From Betaproteobacteria bacterium (GTDB lineage: Bacteria; Pseudomonadota; Gammaproteobacteria; Burkholderiales; WYBJ01), in NCBI GenBank assembly GCA_009377585.1, contig WHTS01000003.1, positions 10,015 to 74,014 on the forward strand: a stretch of 64,000 bases of DNA. Direction: 5' to 3'. The translations under genes were made by a program, and so were the position numbers. The notes below the pieces were generated by a model. It did not search any database. It saw only the letters and a program-made list of their open reading frames with translations, and was not told where the DNA came from. Position 1 is the stretch's first letter, and every line of letters starts with the position of its first letter. This document shows, piece by piece, positions 58,683-64,000 of this stretch.

Positions 58683-60877
58683 ACGCGCAGTCCGCCCGCC
58701 CCCGCCGCCGGCGCTTCGCACGCGCGATGCGCTATGCCGTCGTCTTGTGCGTGGGCCTGGGGGCCGTGGCGCTGTACCTGCTGTCCACCGCGACCGCGAA
58801 TACGACCATGTTCGCGGAACACTACCCGACGCTGCTGCTGGTCAACGGGGCGCTCGTTCTCATTCTGGTCGCGCTCCTGGTCTATCAATTGGTGCGGCTG
58901 GGACGGCGCCTGCGCCGGCGCGAATTCGGTTCGCGCCTCGCGCTGCGATTCGTCCTGCTGCTGGCGCTGATGTCGCTCCTGCCCGGAGCGCTCGTGTACG
59001 CGGTGTCGGTGAAGTTTCTCGCGCGCTCCATCGAATCGTGGTTCGAAGTGCGGGTCGACAAGGCCTTGGAGGGCGGCTTGAGCCTGGGCCGCGGCATGCT
59101 CGACGGCATGCTCAAGGAGCTGGCGAAGAAAGCGGACGAGATGAGCCTCACGCTATCGCGCCTGCCGCGCGAGGAGCAGGTGAGCGCATTGAGCAGCCTG
59201 CGCGAGCAGGCACACGTGCGCGAAGCCACGCTTTTCACCAGCCGCGGGCGCATCGTCGGCTACGCCGGCAACGAGCAGGTGGGCCTGGTGCCCGAGACGC
59301 TTTCGCATGCCGCCCTCAAGCAGGTTCGACAGCTGCAGCGCTATGCCGCAATCGAATCCGCCGGCGAAGGCGGCGGTTTGTACATGCGGGTCGTGGTGCC
59401 GCTGGACATACCGTCGTTGAGCGAGGGTGTGCGTGCGCTGCAGCTGCTGGAGCCGGTTCCGAGCCACATGGCAGCCGATGCCGAGGCGGTCCAGGGCGGC
59501 TATCGCGACTACCAGGAGCTATTGCTCGCGCGGGTGGGCCTGAAGCGGCTATACGGGGTGACGTTGACGCTCGCGCTCTTGGTGGCTTTGCTGTCCGCGT
59601 TCCTGCTGGCGTTCCTTTTGAGCGAGAAGCTGGCGGCACCGCTCGCCACGCTCGCGCATGGAACGCGCTCCGTGGCGCATGGCGATTTCAGTCAGCATAT
59701 CCCGGTCGAAAGCCGCGACGAGCTGGGGGTGCTGACGCAATCGTTCAATACCATGATCGAGCAGTTGAGCGAGGCGCGCGAATCGGCCGAGCATCATCAG
59801 CTCGAGCTCGCGCGCGCGAAGAGCTACCTCGAAAGCCTGCTCGCGCACCTCTCCACCGGGGTAATGTCGTTCGATGTTCAAATGCGGCTGCGCTCGTCGA
59901 ACCCGAGCGCCGGCGCCATCCTGGGTCTGGAGCTCGACCGGCTGCTCGGCGTGCAGCTCGCCGACATCGCGCAGAGCGCAGTCGAGCTCGCGCCGCTGGC
60001 CGGCGCGATCGCGGACGGATTCGCGCAGGCGAAAGACGCCGAATGGGAGAGCCAGGTGTCGCTCCAACAGGGCGGGCTGGAAAAGACGATCCTGCTGCGC
60101 GGAACCGGCCTTGGCAGCGATACCGAAGGCGGTTACGTGGTGGTCTTCGACGACATCACCGAGCTGATGCAGGCGCAACGCCACGCGGCGTGGAGCGAAG
60201 TCGCGCGTCGGCTCGCGCACGAGATCAAGAACCCGCTCACGCCGATCCAGTTGTCGGCCGAGCGCCTGCAGCTCAAGCTCGGCGCCAAGCTGGCGGCGGC
60301 CGATGGCGAAATGCTGGAGCGATCGACCCGGCTCATCGTGGAGCAGGTCGCGGCGCTGAAGAGCATGGTGGACGCCTTCAGCCAGTACGCCCGTTCGCCC
60401 GAGCCGCGGCTGCAGCCGCTCGATCTCAACCAGCTCGCGCGCGAGGTGCTCGGGCTGTACGAGACGCTCGGCCGCGCCATGGAGGTGCGGCTTGCGCCGC
60501 AGCTGCCGCCCGTGCAGGGCGATGCGCGCCTGCTGCGCCAGGTGTTCCACAATCTCGTGCAGAATGCCCAGGATGCGCTGGCCGAGATCGCCGAACCGCA
60601 CATCCTGGTCAAGAGCGAGGACACGGGGCGAAGCGTGCGCCTATCGATCGAGGACAACGGCTGCGGCATTCCGGAGCAATCGATGCAGCGCGTATTCGAG
60701 CCCTATGTGACCACCAAGCAGAAGGGCACGGGGCTCGGGCTTTCCATCGTGAAGAAGATCATCGAAGATCACGGCGGCAGCGTCTCGATCGAGAATCTGA
60801 AACCGCACGGCGTGCGGGTCAGCATCGAATTGCCGAAGCGCGCGGAAGCTGGCACGCGCACGGCCATTGCTCGATGA
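58679..60877 (+). CDS. ntrY: NtrY-like sensor histidine kinase (TM-HAMP-PAS-HisKA-HATPase)
   Basis: Frame of track ORF 58637..60877. GTG 58679 overlaps the upstream stop (GTGA). Several N-terminal TM helices, H-box ...LAHEIKNPLTPIQLSAERL..., G-box ...GTGLGLSIVKKIIEDHGG... Confidence 0.85.
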   Translation: MNAQSARPRRRRFARAMRYAVVLCVGLGAVALYLLSTATANTTMFAEHYPTLLLVNGALVLILVALLVYQLVRLGRRLRRREFGSRLALRFVLLLALMSLLPGALVYAVSVKFLARSIESWFEVRVDKALEGGLSLGRGMLDGMLKELAKKADEMSLTLSRLPREEQVSALSSLREQAHVREATLFTSRGRIVGYAGNEQVGLVPETLSHAALKQVRQLQRYAAIESAGEGGGLYMRVVVPLDIPSLSEGVRALQLLEPVPSHMAADAEAVQGGYRDYQELLLARVGLKRLYGVTLTLALLVALLSAFLLAFLLSEKLAAPLATLAHGTRSVAHGDFSQHIPVESRDELGVLTQSFNTMIEQLSEARESAEHHQLELARAKSYLESLLAHLSTGVMSFDVQMRLRSSNPSAGAILGLELDRLLGVQLADIAQSAVELAPLAGAIADGFAQAKDAEWESQVSLQQGGLEKTILLRGTGLGSDTEGGYVVVFDDITELMQAQRHAAWSEVARRLAHEIKNPLTPIQLSAERLQLKLGAKLAAADGEMLERSTRLIVEQVAALKSMVDAFSQYARSPEPRLQPLDLNQLAREVLGLYETLGRAMEVRLAPQLPPVQGDARLLRQVFHNLVQNAQDALAEIAEPHILVKSEDTGRSVRLSIEDNGCGIPEQSMQRVFEPYVTTKQKGTGLGLSIVKKIIEDHGGSVSIENLKPHGVRVSIELPKRAEAGTRTAIAR

Positions 60878-60996
60878 GCGGCGAGCCGCTCGGGCCGATC
60901 GGCGTGGCGGCCGCAGCGGTATGAAAAGCGCGGTGTGAAAAGCGCTCAGGGGTCACGGCCCGGAGCAGACGCGCAGAATGGGTGGAGACCGAATCG

Positions 60997-62262
60997 ATGC
61001 AGCAAATACTAGTGGTCGACGACGAGGTGGGGATCCGGGAGCTCCTGTCGGAGATTTTGCGCGACGAGGGCTATCAGGTGCGGCTGGCCGAGAACGCGAG
61101 CCAGGCGCGCGAGATGCGCGTTCAGAACCGGCCCGATCTGATCTTGCTGGATATCTGGATGCCGGATACCGACGGCATAACGCTGCTCAAGGAATGGGCA
61201 GCCGGCGGAATGCTCACCATGCCCGTGGTGATGATGTCCGGGCACGGCACCATCGAGACCGCGGTCGAGGCAACCCGCATCGGCGCCTTCGATTTCCTGG
61301 AGAAGCCGATCGCGCTGCAAAAGCTGCTCGGGACGGTGGGCCGCGCGCTCAAGCGCGGGGCAGTCGAGCCGCACGCGCCGCTTTCGCTCGGGAGCCTTGG
61401 CCGTTCGGCGGTCATCAACGAGCTGAAGCAACGGCTCGAACGGGTACGCAGCCTGCGCAGCCCCGTGCTGGTCGCGGCCGAGCCCGGCAGCGGCGCGGAA
61501 GTGTGCGCGCGCTTCCTGCACCAGCCGAACACGCCCTGGGTCGCTCCGGACAGCACCGGGATGCTGGCCGAAGCGCCCATGGAGCTCGCCGAGAAGGCGC
61601 GCGACGGCACGTTGTTCCTGCATGACGTGAGCGAGCTCGCCCGCCTGGAGCAGCGGGGGTTGCTGCTGCTCATCGGCAAACTGGATAAATACAATGCGCG
61701 CCTGGTGTGCGCGGTGTCGCGCTCCCTGCCCGACATGGTGGCCGTCGGCACCTTCGATGTACGCCTTTTCGGTGCGCTTTCCGCGGTGACGGTGTCGGTG
61801 CCGAGCCTGCGCCAGCATCGCGAGGACGTGCCCGAGCTCGCGTCGCTCATGCTCGCGCGCGGCATCGAGGCCAAGGAGCTACCGCCGAAGCACTTCAGCA
61901 CCGCGGCGTTGAACGCGCTGCGCAACCACGACTGGCCGGGCAACCTGCTGCAGCTGGAAAACGTCGTTCGCAGCGCTGCCCTGAGCGCGCTCGGGGACGA
62001 AATCACGCTCGACGACGTGCAGCGCGTTGCAGCGAGCTTCGACCTGGAACCGGTTACGCCGGCCTCCAGCCTGCCGCTCGACTTGCCGCTGCGCGAGGCA
62101 CGCGATGCGTTCGAGCGGGTCTACTTCGAGCACCACCTGGGGCTCGAGAGCAGCAACATGAGCCGGGTGGCCGAGCGCGTGGGGCTTGAGCGCACCCACC
62201 TCTACCGGAAATTGAAGCAGCTCGGCATCCGTGTCTCCAAGCGCAACGAAGAGCCGGTGTGA
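60997..62262 (+). CDS. ntrX: NtrX-like response regulator: REC + degenerate AAA+ core + Fis-type HTH
   Basis: Frame of track ORF 60982..62262. ATG at 60997. REC domain MQQILVVDDE...DLILLDIWMPDTDG..., a central domain with altered Walker motifs (see findings), and C-terminal ...NMSRVAERVGLERTHLYRKLKQLGI. Confidence 0.8.
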   Translation: MQQILVVDDEVGIRELLSEILRDEGYQVRLAENASQAREMRVQNRPDLILLDIWMPDTDGITLLKEWAAGGMLTMPVVMMSGHGTIETAVEATRIGAFDFLEKPIALQKLLGTVGRALKRGAVEPHAPLSLGSLGRSAVINELKQRLERVRSLRSPVLVAAEPGSGAEVCARFLHQPNTPWVAPDSTGMLAEAPMELAEKARDGTLFLHDVSELARLEQRGLLLLIGKLDKYNARLVCAVSRSLPDMVAVGTFDVRLFGALSAVTVSVPSLRQHREDVPELASLMLARGIEAKELPPKHFSTAALNALRNHDWPGNLLQLENVVRSAALSALGDEITLDDVQRVAASFDLEPVTPASSLPLDLPLREARDAFERVYFEHHLGLESSNMSRVAERVGLERTHLYRKLKQLGIRVSKRNEEPV

Positions 62263-62294
62263 ACTGGTCCAACTCCTTCGCTTCCTGAGGGGGC

Positions 62295-62339
62295 GTGAAG
62301 CGTGATGGACGCAGGCGCGAGAAGTCCGCCACGCTTCAC
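62295..62339 (+). terminator. Long hairpin after ntrX (candidate terminator)
   Basis: GTGAAGCGTG...CACGCTTCAC, a 10-bp stem with an inner GGAC/GTCC pairing. No U-tract. Confidence 0.35.
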
Positions 62340-62428
62340 TCCGTCACCCCGAATCTCCGGTACCCCAAGGAGTTTGCCCCGCGTCGACGCGCCGCGGGAT
62401 AATCGATCCGTCTTCGAAGGAATCCCAC

Positions 62429-64000
62429 ATGGCCACTCGCAGCGATCTCTGTAACGCCATTCGCGCGCTCGCGATGGACGCGGTCCAGCAGGCGAATTCC
62501 GGTCATCCCGGCATGCCCATGGGGATGGCGGAAATTGCGGAAGTCGTGTGGCGCCATCACCTGCGGCACAACCCGGCCAATCCGAGCTGGATCAACCGCG
62601 ACCGTTTTGTCATTTCCAACGGCCACGGCTCGATGCTGCTGTACGCCCTGCTGCATCTGAGCGGGTACGATCTGCCGATGGCGGAGCTGCGCCGCTTCCG
62701 GCAGCTCAATTCGAAGACGCCCGGCCATCCGGAATACGGGCTCACACCCGGTGTCGAGACGACCACCGGGCCGCTCGGCCAGGGCCTGGCCAACGCAGTC
62801 GGGATGGCGATTGCCGAGCGCGTGCTGGCGGCGCAATTCAATCGGCCCGGTGTCGAGCTCATCGACCATCGTACGTACGTGTTCTGCGGCGACGGCTGCC
62901 TGATGGAGGGCATCTCGCACGAGGCGTGTTCGCTGGCCGGCACCCTCGGCCTCGGGAAGCTCATCGGCTTCTACGACGACAATTCGATCTCGATCGATTC
63001 CGAGAAGGGCAACATCCGCAGCTGGTTCAGCGACGACACCCCGGCCCGGTTCCGGGCCTATGGCTGGAACGTGATCGGTCCGGTGGATGGGCACGATTCT
63101 GAGGCGATCGAGCGCGCGGTCCAGGCGGCGCAGGCGGTGAACGACCGCCCTTCCCTGATCGTCTGCAAGACCATCATCGCCAAGGGCGCGCCGCACAAGG
63201 CCAACACCGGCGCCGCGCATGGCGCCCCGCTCGGCGCCGACGAAGTCGCCGCCACGCGCGCGAATATCGGCTGGTCCTACCCACCGTTCGAGATCCCGGC
63301 CGACATCTATGCCGATTGGGATGCGCGCGAACGTGGCCGCAAGCTCGAGCGCGACTGGCAGCAGCAGCTGAGCCGATACGCGGACGAGTATCCCGCCGAG
63401 GCCGCGGAGCTGCGCCGGCGGTTGGCGGGCGAGTTGCCTGCTGATTGGGCGCGACGCAGCCGCGAGCTCGTGCAACAGACCATCGCCAAGCGCGAAACCG
63501 TCGCGACGCGCAAGGCCTCGCAGAACGTGCTCGAAGCCCTGTTGCCGCAGCTGCCGGAGCTGATCGGCGGATCGGCCGACCTGGCCGCATCCAATCTCAC
63601 CATGGCCTCGACCTCCAAGCCGATCTCTCGCGGCGGCGGCAATTACATCTTCTACGGCGTGCGCGAGTTCGGCATGTGCGCGATCGCGAACGGCCTTGCC
63701 TTGCACGGCGGTCTCATCCCGTATGTCGGCACCTTCCTCGTTTTCTCCGACTACGCACGCAATGCGCTGCGCATGGCCGCGCTCATGCACCAACGCCTGG
63801 TGTTCGTCTTCACCCATGATTCGGTGGGGCTGGGCGAAGACGGTCCGACGCACCAACCGATCGAGCATGCGGCTACGTTGCGGCTGATACCGCGGATGGA
63901 CGTGTGGCGGCCGTGCGACAGCACCGAAACGGCGGTGGCCTGGATTGCGGCGCTCGAGCGCCGCGACGGCCCGACCAGCCTGCAGTTGAGCCGCCAGAAT
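62429..64000 (+). CDS. tkt: Transketolase, N-terminal ~520 aa; runs off the window end
   Basis: Own translation from ATG 62429: [41 protein letters not shown]...[19 protein letters not shown]...[13 protein letters not shown]...[19 protein letters not shown]... There is no stop before the window end, so it is absent from the ORF track. Confidence 0.95.
   Translation, partial: MATRSDLCNAIRALAMDAVQQANSGHPGMPMGMAEIAEVVWRHHLRHNPANPSWINRDRFVISNGHGSMLLYALLHLSGYDLPMAELRRFRQLNSKTPGHPEYGLTPGVETTTGPLGQGLANAVGMAIAERVLAAQFNRPGVELIDHRTYVFCGDGCLMEGISHEACSLAGTLGLGKLIGFYDDNSISIDSEKGNIRSWFSDDTPARFRAYGWNVIGPVDGHDSEAIERAVQAAQAVNDRPSLIVCKTIIAKGAPHKANTGAAHGAPLGADEVAATRANIGWSYPPFEIPADIYADWDARERGRKLERDWQQQLSRYADEYPAEAAELRRRLAGELPADWARRSRELVQQTIAKRETVATRKASQNVLEALLPQLPELIGGSADLAASNLTMASTSKPISRGGGNYIFYGVREFGMCAIANGLALHGGLIPYVGTFLVFSDYARNALRMAALMHQRLVFVFTHDSVGLGEDGPTHQPIEHAATLRLIPRMDVWRPCDSTETAVAWIAALERRDGPTSLQLSRQN

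Overview
This 64-kb stretch is visibly GC-rich (about two-thirds G+C by eye, not computed). It covers the replication-origin neighbourhood of a proteobacterial chromosome and is almost entirely conserved housekeeping genes. Synteny looks betaproteobacterial, with some Pseudomonas-like blocks. Gene order: mrcA (partial, -) | pilMNOPQ-aroK-aroB-dgt-gltB-gltD-hemE-priA-argS-SPOR-dsbA-dsbA' (+) >< glmS-glmU-glpD-atpCDGAHFEBI-parB-parA-rsmG-mnmG-[2 x parS]-mnmE-yidC-yidD-rnpA-rpmH (-) | dnaA-dnaN-gyrB-SET (+) >< topB-dprA-LysM (-) | def-fmt-rsmB-DUF4390-ntrY-ntrX-tkt (partial) (+). I saw no rRNA, tRNA, CRISPR array, integrase or transposase gene, prophage or defence-island content. I could not find a convincing novel multi-gene system, and claiming one would be over-reading. 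The unusual features are small and mostly non-coding: (1) a 241-bp MITE-like element with 21-bp terminal inverted repeats and a TA duplication, sitting in the atpG stop codon inside the ATP synthase operon; (2) two near-canonical parS sites 38 bp apart between mnmE and mnmG, whose flanks resemble the MITE termini; (3) perfect DnaA boxes in three spacers (rpmH-dnaA, dnaA-dnaN, hemE-priA), which leaves the position of oriC ambiguous; (4) short tandem repeats in the def-fmt (3 x 21 bp) and fmt-rsmB (2 x ~85 bp, hairpin-rich) spacers; (5) glpD wedged between atpC and glmU, with paired inverted repeats upstream; (6) protein-level oddities: a CPHC/CPFC DsbA tandem, a SET-domain gene directly behind gyrB, an NtrX-like regulator with a degenerate AAA+ core, and a topoisomerase III-type gene next to dprA. 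Many long ORFs in the track are antisense or frame-shadow artefacts of GC-rich DNA and were rejected. Several track ORFs are real genes with spurious upstream extensions, so their starts were re-set by eye.
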